A stretch of 64,000 bases of DNA, taken from positions 22,126 through 86,125 of the forward strand of contig CAZABP010000011.1 of assembly GCA_964483245.1 (NCBI GenBank). Reading direction: 5' to 3'. The stretch is from an uncultured candidatus Brocadiaceae bacterium (GTDB taxonomy: Bacteria; Planctomycetota; UBA1135; UBA2386). The notes under the pieces are model-generated. The model saw only the letters and a program-made list of their open reading frames with translations, was not told where the DNA came from and did not search any database. Below are positions 50,141-61,560 of the stretch, piece by piece (position 1 is the stretch's first letter; each line of letters opens with the position of its first letter). A program made the position numbers and the translations under genes.

Positions 50141-51124
50141 ATGGCGGCACCACGCATCCTGATCGCCGACGACCAGACGGCCGTCCGGGAGGAACTGGCC
50201 TATGCGATGAAGTTCGAGGGCTACCGGACCGCCGAGGCGCCGGATGGCGAGGCGGCGCTCGCGATCCTGGCCGAAGGGGACGTCGGTGCGGTCCTGCTCG
50301 ACATCAAGATGCCAGGGCTCGACGGGCTGCAGGTGCTGCAGCGGATCCGCGAACAGTGGCCGGGCCTGCCGGTGATCATGATCACCGGCCACGGCGACAT
50401 CGAGACGGCGGTCGTCGCGATCAAGAACGGCGCGTTCGACTTCCTCGCCAAGCCGTTCGACACCGACCGCGTCCTCGTCAGCATCAAGAACGCGCTGCAC
50501 CTGCGCGATCTCTACTCCGAGAACCAGGCGCTGCGCGCCGAACGCGCGGAGGCGTTCCAGCTGCTCGGCAGCAGCGCTGCGATCCGCGAGGTGCGGCTGG
50601 TCGCCGCGACCAACCAGGATCTCGAGGCGATGGTCGCGCAGAAGGAGTTCCGCGAGGACCTGTTCTGGCGGCTGCACGTGATCCGGATCCAGGTCCCGCC
50701 GCTGCGCGAGCGCGCCGACGACGTCGAGTTGCTGGCCGAACACTTCCTGCGCGAGGCCTGCCGCCGCAACGGCCTGCCGCGCCGCAAGCTGGCCGCGGAC
50801 GCCCGTGCGGCGCTGCGCGCGATGCTGTTCCCGGGCAACGTCCGCGAGCTGAAGAACCTGATCGAAGCAACCGCGATCCTGGCGGAGCACGATCCGATCC
50901 CGGCCAGCGACCTCCCCGGCTCGGCTCCCCCACCGCTGGCGACGACCGGCGGCACCGACATGTTCGACTACGAGACGCTCGAGGACTTTCGCGCCGCGGC
51001 CGAGAAGGAGTTCATCCGGCGCAAGCTCGAATCCAACGGCGGCAACATCAAGCGCACCGCCGAGCGGATCCAGATCCAGCGCTCGAACCTCTACAAGAAG
51101 CTCGAGCGCTACGGCCTCAAGTAG
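50141..51124 (+). CDS. NtrC-family response regulator lacking the AAA+ ATPase core (REC - truncated sigma54-interaction domain - Fis-type HTH)
   Basis: REC domain (ILIADDQ...LLDIKMPGLDG...FLAKP). Then LLGSSAAIREV joins directly to RLVAATNQDLEAMVAQKEFREDLFWRLHVIRIQVPPLRER. Walker A (GxxGxGK), GAFTGA and Walker B are all absent. C-terminal HTH GNIKRTAERIQIQRSNLYKKLERYGL. Confidence 0.85.
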   Translation: MAAPRILIADDQTAVREELAYAMKFEGYRTAEAPDGEAALAILAEGDVGAVLLDIKMPGLDGLQVLQRIREQWPGLPVIMITGHGDIETAVVAIKNGAFDFLAKPFDTDRVLVSIKNALHLRDLYSENQALRAERAEAFQLLGSSAAIREVRLVAATNQDLEAMVAQKEFREDLFWRLHVIRIQVPPLRERADDVELLAEHFLREACRRNGLPRRKLAADARAALRAMLFPGNVRELKNLIEATAILAEHDPIPASDLPGSAPPPLATTGGTDMFDYETLEDFRAAAEKEFIRRKLESNGGNIKRTAERIQIQRSNLYKKLERYGLK

Positions 51125-51154
51125 CGGCTGCGTCCAGCCCGGCGCCGCGCGCGA

Positions 51155-52009
51155 CTACTGCTGCGCGGTCGGGAGCAGGATCTTCTGGCCTTCGCGGATC
51201 CGACCCGGATCCAGGCCCGGATTCGCCGCGACGATCCGCTCGACGTATTCCGAGGCACGCCTCGTGGTCACGCGCGCCGACGCGATGGTCCACAGCTTGT
51301 CACCGGCGCGGATCGTGTACCAGGTCCCGTCGGCAGGCGCCGCCGGCGTGGTCTCCGGCTGCCCGGCCGGGTGGGCGCCGCGCATGGGTGCCGCCGGATC
51401 CTTGCCCTCGGCCAACTTCTGCAGGTAGCGCTCGAGCACGACCGAGTCGTCCACCCACGGGAGCACGATCCATTCCCCGACCCGCAGGCGGTCCGGCCGC
51501 CGCGCGATCTCCTCGTTGATCGTCAACACGAGGTCCCGCTGCTCGGCCGCTCCCCAGGTCTGCAGGATGCGACCGAGGTCGTCGCCGCTGCGGACCCGCA
51601 CGCGGCGGTAATCCCCTTGGCGCTCCGTCTCGCCGATCGCGCTGACGCCGACCGAACGCAGCATCGCCTCCATCGGCGAACCGGCGTTCAGCGGTACCGG
51701 CTTGGTGCCGGTCGCGCCCTCGGCAGGTGCCGGGCCCTGGGGTGCCGCGCTGTCGCCGGCTGCCTCGCCGGCCGGTGGCGAGATCGGCGCTGCGTCCTGC
51801 GGCGCGACCTCCGGCTCGTCGACCGGCCGGAGGAACTTCTCCAACACCGGATCGGTGGCCGGAATGATCGGCTGCATCGCGACTCCGGTGCTCTCCGGCG
51901 TCGGTGTCGATGGCGTCGGTCCGCCATCACCGAACAGGACTGCGATACCGAGAATGACCAGCAACAGGCCGGTCACGCTGTAGACCAACACGGATTCGTT
52001 GCGCTTCAT
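51155..52009 (-). CDS. LysM-domain membrane-anchored protein
   Basis: Start MKRNESVLVYSVTGLLLVILGIAVLF (GGAGG 6 nt upstream of ATG 52009). C-terminal LysM (YTIRAGDKLWTIA...ANPGLDPGRIREGQKILLP) and a second LysM-like segment. Confidence 0.8.
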   Translation of the reverse strand: MKRNESVLVYSVTGLLLVILGIAVLFGDGGPTPSTPTPESTGVAMQPIIPATDPVLEKFLRPVDEPEVAPQDAAPISPPAGEAAGDSAAPQGPAPAEGATGTKPVPLNAGSPMEAMLRSVGVSAIGETERQGDYRRVRVRSGDDLGRILQTWGAAEQRDLVLTINEEIARRPDRLRVGEWIVLPWVDDSVVLERYLQKLAEGKDPAAPMRGAHPAGQPETTPAAPADGTWYTIRAGDKLWTIASARVTTRRASEYVERIVAANPGLDPGRIREGQKILLPTAQQ

Positions 52010-52166
52010 CGATGCCCTCCCTGCGCCGCCGTGCTCCTCGCCCCGCCCGGGCTGCGAACACGACTGCGGCCGACCGCATGCGTCGACGCGCGCAGAGTAG
52101 TCGGCGGCGCGCGACTTTCCATCCCTTCCTTGCGGCAACACGGATGCCAGCTATGGTCGGCGCCCC

Positions 52167-52789
52167 GTGCAGGTTCTCACGCGAGGGATCATCGCCGGAC
52201 TGCTCGGAGTCGTGTGCTGCGGTTGCGCGTCGAACGACGCGGGCACCGGTAGCGCGGCTGGCAGCGGCATCGAGTTGCAGCCGACCGACGCGGCGGAAGT
52301 GCGCTACCAGGCATTCTCGACCGGGCTCGATCAGAGCCTGCGCACTGCGAATGCAGCACCACCGCAGGCGAGCCAGAACCGCGTCTACGCGAAGGTCGTC
52401 GCGACCGAAGCGATGCGCGCGCTGATCGCCGCACTCGCTGCGCATGGGTTCTTCGAACATGCCCGCCCGCAGGCGCAGGCCGACGTGCGCCAGGCACGCG
52501 CCGCGTTGGCATTGCGGATCAACGGGACCACGCAGATCTGGGTGCGGCGCCCGGCCGATCCGACCAACATCCAGGAGCTCGGCGCGTTCAACGCAGCGCT
52601 GCACGAGTTCGAGGCCCTGTTCAACCAGACCTACAGCTACGAGTCCGCGGTCGGCGAGTCCGGCAAGGAGTGGATCGACAGCGTGCAGCGGGAGGCCAGC
52701 GGCGCACCATCGAAGCCGCTGCGGTTCATCGACCGGGAACGGGACGGAGGCGCGCCGGGACAGGGGGCCGCCGGCACGGGGCGCGGGAA

Positions 52790-52793
<4 letters not shown>
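52167..52793 (+). CDS. Lipoprotein, unknown function (208 aa)
   Basis: GTG start. Lipobox IIAGLLGVVCCGC. Stop overlaps the kdsB GTG start. Confidence 0.6.
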
Positions 52794-55164
<2,371 letters not shown>

Positions 55165-55324
55165 CGCGCGTCCCCGCCGCCCCACCGCCGCTTCCGCGCC
55201 CACCGGCAACCGCCACAAACTCGGGACAGCCGTACACAACGCGGCGACCCGCGCGCGCCGATGAGGTCCGTATCCTTGGCCACCTTCCGTGTGGGCGTCC
55301 GCCGCACGGGGGCAACCGACGACC

Positions 55325-57433
55325 ATGAAACGCCACACGATCTCCTCCGTGTGGGCCGGCGCCAGCGCCGGCCTTCTCCTGCTTACTGCGGCGCACGGCC
55401 AACAGCCGCTGCAGAGCGTGACGCGGGTCCCGAAAGCGGAGATCCAGCGGCATGCGGACGAGATCGACCGCATCCTCGCCACCGCGCTCGCGGCGCGTGA
55501 AGCCACCCCTAACCCGGTCATCGACGACGCGACGTTCGTGCGGCGCGCCTACCTGCAGATCGTCGGCGGGATCCCGACCGCGGCCGAGAGCGAGGCGTTC
55601 CTCGCCAGCCGCGAACGCGACAAGCGCACCGCCCTCGTCGACCGGCTGCTCGACTCGCCGGGGCACTTCAGCCACGAGTTCCACTTCTGGGCCGACCTGC
55701 TGCGCGCGCGCACGCGCCTGCAGACGCGGGTCTCCGGCGAGCCGTTCCTGCAGTGGATCAAGGAGTCCCTGCTCGAGGACGAGCCGTACGACGAGATGGT
55801 CTACCAGATGCTGACGGCGGCCGGACCGGCGCACCAGCGTGACAACGGCGCGACCGGCTACCTGATGCGCGACCTCGAGATGCCGGAGGACAGCATGTCC
55901 AACACGCTGCGCGTGTTCGCCGGCACGCGGATGGAGTGCGCGCAATGCCACAACCATCCGTTCGACAAGTGGACGCAGAAGCAGTTCTTCGAGATGGCAG
56001 CGTTCTCCGGCGGGATCCGCTACCGGCTCGAGCTCGCACAGACCGACGCCGGCAGGAAGCTGGGGCAACTGCGCACCGAGATGTTGGCGGAGCACGGGCG
56101 CGAAGCGCAGCGCGCGGTGCAGCAGCTGCTGCTGCCGGCATCGCTCGGGCTCACCGGAACCGGCACCGGCCTCGTGCGGCTGCCGAACGACTACCAGTAC
56201 GAAGATGCGAAACCGAACCAGCCGGTCGTGGCGAAGTCCGCGTTCGGCGATGAGGCGGACCTGCACGTGCGAATGCCGACGTCGACGCCGCGCAACGCGC
56301 GCCCGGTGCGCGGGCGCGCGAACCGCGCGCCGCTCGGTCCGGAGGTCGGCTCGCGCCAGGCGTTCGCGGACTGGCTGATCAGCCCCGAGAACCCGCGCTT
56401 CGCACTTGTCATCGCGAACCGGATGTGGAAGCGCGTCGCCGGCGCCGGCCTGATCGAGCCGGTCGACGACCTGAAGGACGACACGGTCGCGGTGGTCCCG
56501 GAGCTGATGGACCACCTGGCCCGGATGGTGGTGCAGCTCCGCTACGACCTGCGGCAGTTTCAGCGCGTGCTGTTCCACACGCAGTTCTTCCAACGCGAGG
56601 TCGCGGCGGCCGACGGCAGCGAAGGGAATGCGTTCCTTCCGGTCGGACCGCAACTGCGGCGGCTGAGCGCCGAGCAGATCTGGGACTCGATGATGACGCT
56701 GGTGCTGCCGGATCTCGACGCGACGCTGGCGCCGCCGGGCGCGCGCGCCGAGGAGGTCTACCGCAACTACGAGCGCGTCCTGCGCGCCGAGCCGGAGGAG
56801 CTCCGCGCGATGATCGAGGAGACGGTGCTGCGCTTCACCAAGCCGGAGGAGTACCGCGCGATGCTGCGCGAGCGGCAGACGGTGGCGCAGAAGCAACGCC
56901 AGGAGGAGCGCGCCGAGCTGCAGCGCCGCGCCGGCCCGCTGCTGCGCCAGTTGTCGATCGCTCGGCAGAAGGGGGACGACGCGACGGTGCAGCGGTTGCT
57001 GGCCGAGCTGCGCAAGCTCGGCGCCGACATTCCCGGCGAGCGCCGCCGCAACCCCGCCCAGTTCGCGCGCGCATCCGACCTGCCGTCACCGGCGCCCGCG
57101 AGCCACCTGCTGCAGATGCTCGGCCAGTCCGACCGCGACCAGGTCGACAACGCGAACCTGGAGGCGAATGTGCCGCAGGTGTTGACGTTGCTGAACGGCT
57201 TCCTCGACGAGCGGCCGCAGGCCCAGCGCAGCGGCGGCGTGCTCGACCAGTTGTTGGCTGCGGCGAAGACGCCCGACGACAAGGTACGTACGGCATACCT
57301 GTCGCTGCTGTCCCGCAAGCCGACCGCGGCCGAGCTGACGCTGTGGCGCGCCGAGCTGCAGCGCGGTGAGGACGGGCTGCGCGATCTGGTCTGGGTCCTC
57401 CTCAACAGCCACGAGTTCCGCTTCCTGCGCTGA
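55325..57433 (+). CDS. DUF1549/DUF1553 domain protein
   Basis: Signal peptide MKRHTISSVWAGASAGLLLLTAAHG. DUF1549 pattern (FVRRAYLQIVGGIPTAAESEAFL...LVDRLLDSPGH...HFWADLL...) and RMECAQCHNHPFDKWTQKQF. DUF1553-like C-terminus (LLNSHEFRFLR). Confidence 0.85.
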   Translation: MKRHTISSVWAGASAGLLLLTAAHGQQPLQSVTRVPKAEIQRHADEIDRILATALAAREATPNPVIDDATFVRRAYLQIVGGIPTAAESEAFLASRERDKRTALVDRLLDSPGHFSHEFHFWADLLRARTRLQTRVSGEPFLQWIKESLLEDEPYDEMVYQMLTAAGPAHQRDNGATGYLMRDLEMPEDSMSNTLRVFAGTRMECAQCHNHPFDKWTQKQFFEMAAFSGGIRYRLELAQTDAGRKLGQLRTEMLAEHGREAQRAVQQLLLPASLGLTGTGTGLVRLPNDYQYEDAKPNQPVVAKSAFGDEADLHVRMPTSTPRNARPVRGRANRAPLGPEVGSRQAFADWLISPENPRFALVIANRMWKRVAGAGLIEPVDDLKDDTVAVVPELMDHLARMVVQLRYDLRQFQRVLFHTQFFQREVAAADGSEGNAFLPVGPQLRRLSAEQIWDSMMTLVLPDLDATLAPPGARAEEVYRNYERVLRAEPEELRAMIEETVLRFTKPEEYRAMLRERQTVAQKQRQEERAELQRRAGPLLRQLSIARQKGDDATVQRLLAELRKLGADIPGERRRNPAQFARASDLPSPAPASHLLQMLGQSDRDQVDNANLEANVPQVLTLLNGFLDERPQAQRSGGVLDQLLAAAKTPDDKVRTAYLSLLSRKPTAAELTLWRAELQRGEDGLRDLVWVLLNSHEFRFLR

Positions 57434-57440
57434 GGTCACG

Positions 57441-58763
57441 ATGACACGCTTCTTCGAACTGTTGCGCGGCGCGGACTCGCAGACCCGCCGCGCGTTCGTC
57501 TCCGGCCTCGCGAGCCGCATGCTCTGCCTCAGCGCGCTGCCGCTGCTCCCACGCGTCGCGGCCGCGCAAGCGGCCGGCAGTGGCGACGAGGACGACATCC
57601 CGCTGCGGCCGGCGACGGCGCGCAACGTGATCTACGTGTTCCTGCGCGGCGGCATGTCGCACCTGGACACGTTCGATCCGAAGCCGGGCGCGCACACGCA
57701 GGGCCCGGTGCAGGCGATCGCGACCAACACGGATGGGGTACAGGTCAGCCAGTACTTCCCGCTGCTCGCGAGACAGATGGACAAGGTGGCACTGCTCAGC
57801 GGCATGTCCTCGACGCAGGGGGCGCACGCGCAGGGGCAGTACATGATGCGCACCAGCTACCTGCTGCGCGGCACGATCGAGCATCCGAGCCTCGGCGCCT
57901 GGGTGCACCGGATGGCCGGGCGGATCAACGCGACGCTGCCGGGGCACGTGGTGATCGGCGGCGGCAGCGGGATCCCGACCGGCGGCTTCTTCCCGCCGCA
58001 GTACTCGGCCCTGCCGATCGGCGATCCGGATGCCGGACTGCAGAACAGCGCGCGACCCAAGGGCGTCACCGAGGAGCGGTTCGCGCACCGGCTCGAGCTG
58101 CTGCAGAGGCTGAACGACTCGTTCGCCGACCGCTACGGCCAGCGCGCCGTGCAGGGGTACAGCGAGGCGTATGCCGATGCCGTGCGGTTGATGCGTTCGA
58201 GCGACCTGGTCGCGTTCGACATCGCCGCGGAACCGCAGCCGATCCGCGACGCGTACGGCAACTCGAACTTCGGTCAGGGGATGCTGCTCGCGCGGCGGCT
58301 GGTCGAGCACGGCGTGCGGTTCGTCGAGGTGGTCAATGACGGCTGGGACACGCACAACCAGAACTTCGACGCCCTCGAAGACAAGTGCCCGGAGATCGAC
58401 CGCGGGCTGGCGTCGCTGCTCGCGGACCTGGACGCGCGCGGACTGCTGCGCGAGACGCTGGTCGTGCTGGCGACCGAGTTCGGGCGCACGCCGGACATCG
58501 TGACCGAGCGCAACGGGCGCAATCACTATCCGCAGGCGTTCACGTGCCTGCTCGCCGGCGGTGGGATCAAGGGCGGGCTGCGCTGGGGCAGGACCGACGA
58601 CGAAGGGCGCACGGTCGTCGACGGCAAGGTCACGATCCAGGACTTCAACGCGACGATCGCGCACGCCTGCGGGCTGCCGCTCGAACACAAGCTGCACTCA
58701 CCGGCCGGACGGCCGTTCACGGTCGCCGACAAGGGCCAGCCGGTGCTGGGACTGTTCGCGTGA
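57441..58763 (+). CDS. DUF1501 (sulfatase-fold) protein with Tat-like signal
   Basis: MTRFFELLRGADSQTRRAFVSGLA... (twin-Arg). IYVFLRGGMSHLDTFDPKPGA, WDTHNQNF, EFGRTP are the DUF1501 pattern. Confidence 0.88.
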   Translation: MTRFFELLRGADSQTRRAFVSGLASRMLCLSALPLLPRVAAAQAAGSGDEDDIPLRPATARNVIYVFLRGGMSHLDTFDPKPGAHTQGPVQAIATNTDGVQVSQYFPLLARQMDKVALLSGMSSTQGAHAQGQYMMRTSYLLRGTIEHPSLGAWVHRMAGRINATLPGHVVIGGGSGIPTGGFFPPQYSALPIGDPDAGLQNSARPKGVTEERFAHRLELLQRLNDSFADRYGQRAVQGYSEAYADAVRLMRSSDLVAFDIAAEPQPIRDAYGNSNFGQGMLLARRLVEHGVRFVEVVNDGWDTHNQNFDALEDKCPEIDRGLASLLADLDARGLLRETLVVLATEFGRTPDIVTERNGRNHYPQAFTCLLAGGGIKGGLRWGRTDDEGRTVVDGKVTIQDFNATIAHACGLPLEHKLHSPAGRPFTVADKGQPVLGLFA

Positions 58764-59776
58764 GCTGGGCTCGTCCGCTGTTGGTCGGCGCCGCCGCGGC
58801 GCTGCTGCTCGGTGCAGTGCCCGCGCAGAAGGTGACGTTCACCAGCCAGGTGCTGCCGGTGCTCGAGCAGAAGTGCTTCGAGTGCCACCGGGAGGCTTGG
58901 CAGGACGACACCGGCAAGCTGCGCAAGCCCAAGGGCGGGCTGCGTCTGGACGGCCGCGCGTGGATCGAGAAGGGCGGGACCGGCGGACGCGTGCTGGTGC
59001 CGGGCAAGCCGGAGCAGAGCGAGCTCTACACGCGGACCGTGCTGCCGGAGGACCACGACGAGCGCATGCCGGAGGAGGGCGACATGCTGACCGCCGCTGA
59101 AGCGTCGGCGCTGAAGGAGTGGATCGCACAGGGGGCGTCGTTCGGCGACTGGACCGGCGCGGCGGGACCGGCGGCCACTGCGACGGAGACGAGCGCCGTG
59201 GCGGCGGCACCATCGCAACGCCTGGCGTGGCTCGACGAGGTCGGCAAGGGACTCAGCCTGCCGGCACCTTCGGTGTTGGCAAAGGCCGCTGCCGGCAAGG
59301 CGCGGATCGAGCCGATCGGGGACAGTGGCCTGCTGCGCGTCGAGTTCGCCGGCCACGAGGCTGAGGTCGACGACGCCGCATTGGCGGCGCTCGCGCCGAT
59401 CCAGCAGCAGATCGCCGTGCTCGTGCTGGCGCGGACGCGGATCACCGATGCCGGCTGCAAGCGGATCGCCGCGATGCCATGCCTCGTGCAGCTCGACCTG
59501 CGTGAGACGAAGGTCGGCGACTCCGGCATCGCAACGCTGACGGGGCTCACGGAGCTGCGGGTGTTGAACCTGTTCGCCACCGAAGTCGGCGACGGCGCAG
59601 TCGCGTCGCTCGGCAAGCTGCGCAAGCTCGAGGAGCTGCAGGTCTGGCAGAGCGGGATCACCGAGGACGGGATCTCGCGGCTGCGCGAGGCGCTGCCGGC
59701 GGCGCGGATCGCCGGAGCACCGGCGCTCCCTCCGCCTGCCCCTCCGGCGCAGGCCGGCCCGCGGCGGCGGCGGTAG
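58760..59776 (+). CDS. Planctomycete cytochrome c (PSCyt1) domain protein with C-terminal leucine-rich repeats
   Basis: GTG start overlapping the DUF1501 stop (GTGA). Signal peptide. FTSQVLPVLEQKCFECHRE...LRLD...GKPEQSELYTR...ERMPEEGDMLTAAEASALKEWI is the PSCyt1 pattern. LRR-like LDLRETKVGDSGIATLTGLTELRVLNLFATEVGDGAVASLGKLRKLEELQVWQSGIT. Confidence 0.8.
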   Translation: MSWARPLLVGAAAALLLGAVPAQKVTFTSQVLPVLEQKCFECHREAWQDDTGKLRKPKGGLRLDGRAWIEKGGTGGRVLVPGKPEQSELYTRTVLPEDHDERMPEEGDMLTAAEASALKEWIAQGASFGDWTGAAGPAATATETSAVAAAPSQRLAWLDEVGKGLSLPAPSVLAKAAAGKARIEPIGDSGLLRVEFAGHEAEVDDAALAALAPIQQQIAVLVLARTRITDAGCKRIAAMPCLVQLDLRETKVGDSGIATLTGLTELRVLNLFATEVGDGAVASLGKLRKLEELQVWQSGITEDGISRLREALPAARIAGAPALPPPAPPAQAGPRRRR

Positions 59777-61031
59777 CGCTCAACGCGGCGACGCGGCGCG
59801 CGCGGGCTTCCCGCAACCAATGCCCGCGCACCGCGCGTGCCCCCATCGGCGCGCCGGCGAGCCTGCGCGCGCGGCGCAGCAGCTTCGCCGCGCGGCGGCG
59901 CTGCCGCTCGGCAACCCAGCCGAGGGCGAGATACAGCGCGCAGATCGCGCGGCTCTCCGGTTCCGGCAGGTGCATCGCCTGTGCCTTCCGCAGCATGCGC
60001 CGCGCGATCCGATGCTGTCCGCGGCGCGCGAGCATGATTCCGCGGACCAGACGCGCGTACGGCTCCTGCTCGAACCGCTCCATCGCGAGCGCCGACCATC
60101 GTTCGGCTGCATCCCGCTGGTCGTCATCGACCTGCATCGCGAGCAGCCACGCCTTTGGGATGACTGCGTCCCACGAGCCGGGATCGAGCCGGCGGCTCTC
60201 GATCGCACGTTCGATCTCCAGCAGGGCTGCTTCCGCGGCGCCCACGCGCCAGAGCATGCCGGCCGTGAGCAACCTCCGGTGGTCGTCGTCGGGCAGCAGC
60301 CCGATCTCGTCGAGCAACTCGCTCCAGCGACCCGCGACTGTCCGCAGGTGAAGCCTGGCAACACGGGTCTGGTATTCGATCTGAGCCGGAGTCCACGAGC
60401 AGAGAGCGCGCAGACACGCGAAGTCGCTCGCGGGCCCACCTGCGTGCCAGAGACTGCGCCATGACATCCACAGCCCCATGAGCGTCGCAAGTGCGTATGG
60501 AACAGCGAAGAACGCCGCCCCGAACCTCACGTTTCCATCGGGCCACGGCCAACCGGCCAGCATCGCGATCGCCAGCGTGAGGCCGGCGAGATCTGCCAGC
60601 GGCCCTGCCGCGTACACGATGGCATGGCGCGTGCGATGCCACCGCACCTGCGGGATGTACGAGTAGCACAGCCCGCCTCCCCACAGCGCTTGGCGGACGT
60701 CGAGCAGCAGCCCGAAGAGTTTCACCCGCGCCAACGACGTGCCGGAGCCGATCACGATCGATTGCACGTGCCCGCCGACGCAGCGCGCCGCAACCGCGTG
60801 CGCACACTCGTGCACGATGATCGCGATCACGAATGCACCCTGGCCGGCGAGCATCAGCGGCACGATGAGCGCGAACTCGGCGGGCAACTGGACCGCCCAG
60901 GCAGTCAGCCAGACGACGCCCGCAATCACGACGGCGGCGAGGAGCAGCGCCAGGATCTGCTTCCCACTGAGCGGGAGGTGTCCGACGAGGCGGCGCTGCT
61001 CCAGTCTTGCCCGGCTACCCGGTCTGTTCAC
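59658..61031 (-). CDS. M50-like (site-2 protease-like) membrane metallopeptidase with helical C-terminal domain
   Basis: TM helices and HExxH inside a helix (AIIVHECAHAVAARCVGGH). The last ~40 codons overlap the convergent gene, so the true C-terminus is uncertain. Confidence 0.65.
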   Translation of the reverse strand: MNRPGSRARLEQRRLVGHLPLSGKQILALLLAAVVIAGVVWLTAWAVQLPAEFALIVPLMLAGQGAFVIAIIVHECAHAVAARCVGGHVQSIVIGSGTSLARVKLFGLLLDVRQALWGGGLCYSYIPQVRWHRTRHAIVYAAGPLADLAGLTLAIAMLAGWPWPDGNVRFGAAFFAVPYALATLMGLWMSWRSLWHAGGPASDFACLRALCSWTPAQIEYQTRVARLHLRTVAGRWSELLDEIGLLPDDDHRRLLTAGMLWRVGAAEAALLEIERAIESRRLDPGSWDAVIPKAWLLAMQVDDDQRDAAERWSALAMERFEQEPYARLVRGIMLARRGQHRIARRMLRKAQAMHLPEPESRAICALYLALGWVAERQRRRAAKLLRRARRLAGAPMGARAVRGHWLREARARRVAALSATAAAAGRPAPEGQAEGAPVLRRSAPPAAPRAAARSRPR

Positions 61032-61560
61032 GCGGACTCATCGCAGCGCGCAGCAGCTCCCACCGCCAGACCGTCCCGTCCTCCGGATCCTCGACCGGCC
61101 CGAGGAACCGGAACCCGAGCCGCGCGAGCAGGCCGTTCGACGCGTTGCGGACCGGCAGCGTGTGCGCGCGTACGAGCCGCACGCGCGGGTCGTCGAACGC
61201 GATCCGCAGCAGCGCCCGTGCGGCCGCCGTTGCGTAGCCGCGGCCACGGCGGTCCGGCGCGATCCCGTAGCCGATCTCGACTGCGCCATCGAGGTCGGGC
61301 GGTCCTTTGAACCCGCACATCCCGACCAGCGTGCCGGTCGCACGCTCGAACACGAGATACGCCCACCACGGCTCCACCTGCGCCCGTTCGCGCAGCGCCT
61401 GCAGTGTCGGCGGCAATGCCTCCGGGAACTCGATCCAGCGTTCAGCGACCGGGATCCCGTAGCTCTGCGTGAACGCCGCGTCCCCTTCCAGCAGCCGCTC
61501 GAGCTGCGCGACGGTGACCGGTTCGATCCGGACCGGCGCCTGAGCTGCGTCAGATGCCAT
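61015..61560 (-). CDS. GNAT family N-acetyltransferase
   Basis: Start MASDAAQAPVRIEPVT (ATG 61560). ...GMCGFKGPPDLDGAVEIGYGIAPDRRGRGYATAAARALL... is the acetyl-CoA-binding R-x-x-G-x-G/A motif. Confidence 0.8.
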   Translation of the reverse strand: MASDAAQAPVRIEPVTVAQLERLLEGDAAFTQSYGIPVAERWIEFPEALPPTLQALRERAQVEPWWAYLVFERATGTLVGMCGFKGPPDLDGAVEIGYGIAPDRRGRGYATAAARALLRIAFDDPRVRLVRAHTLPVRNASNGLLARLGFRFLGPVEDPEDGTVWRWELLRAAMSPREQTG

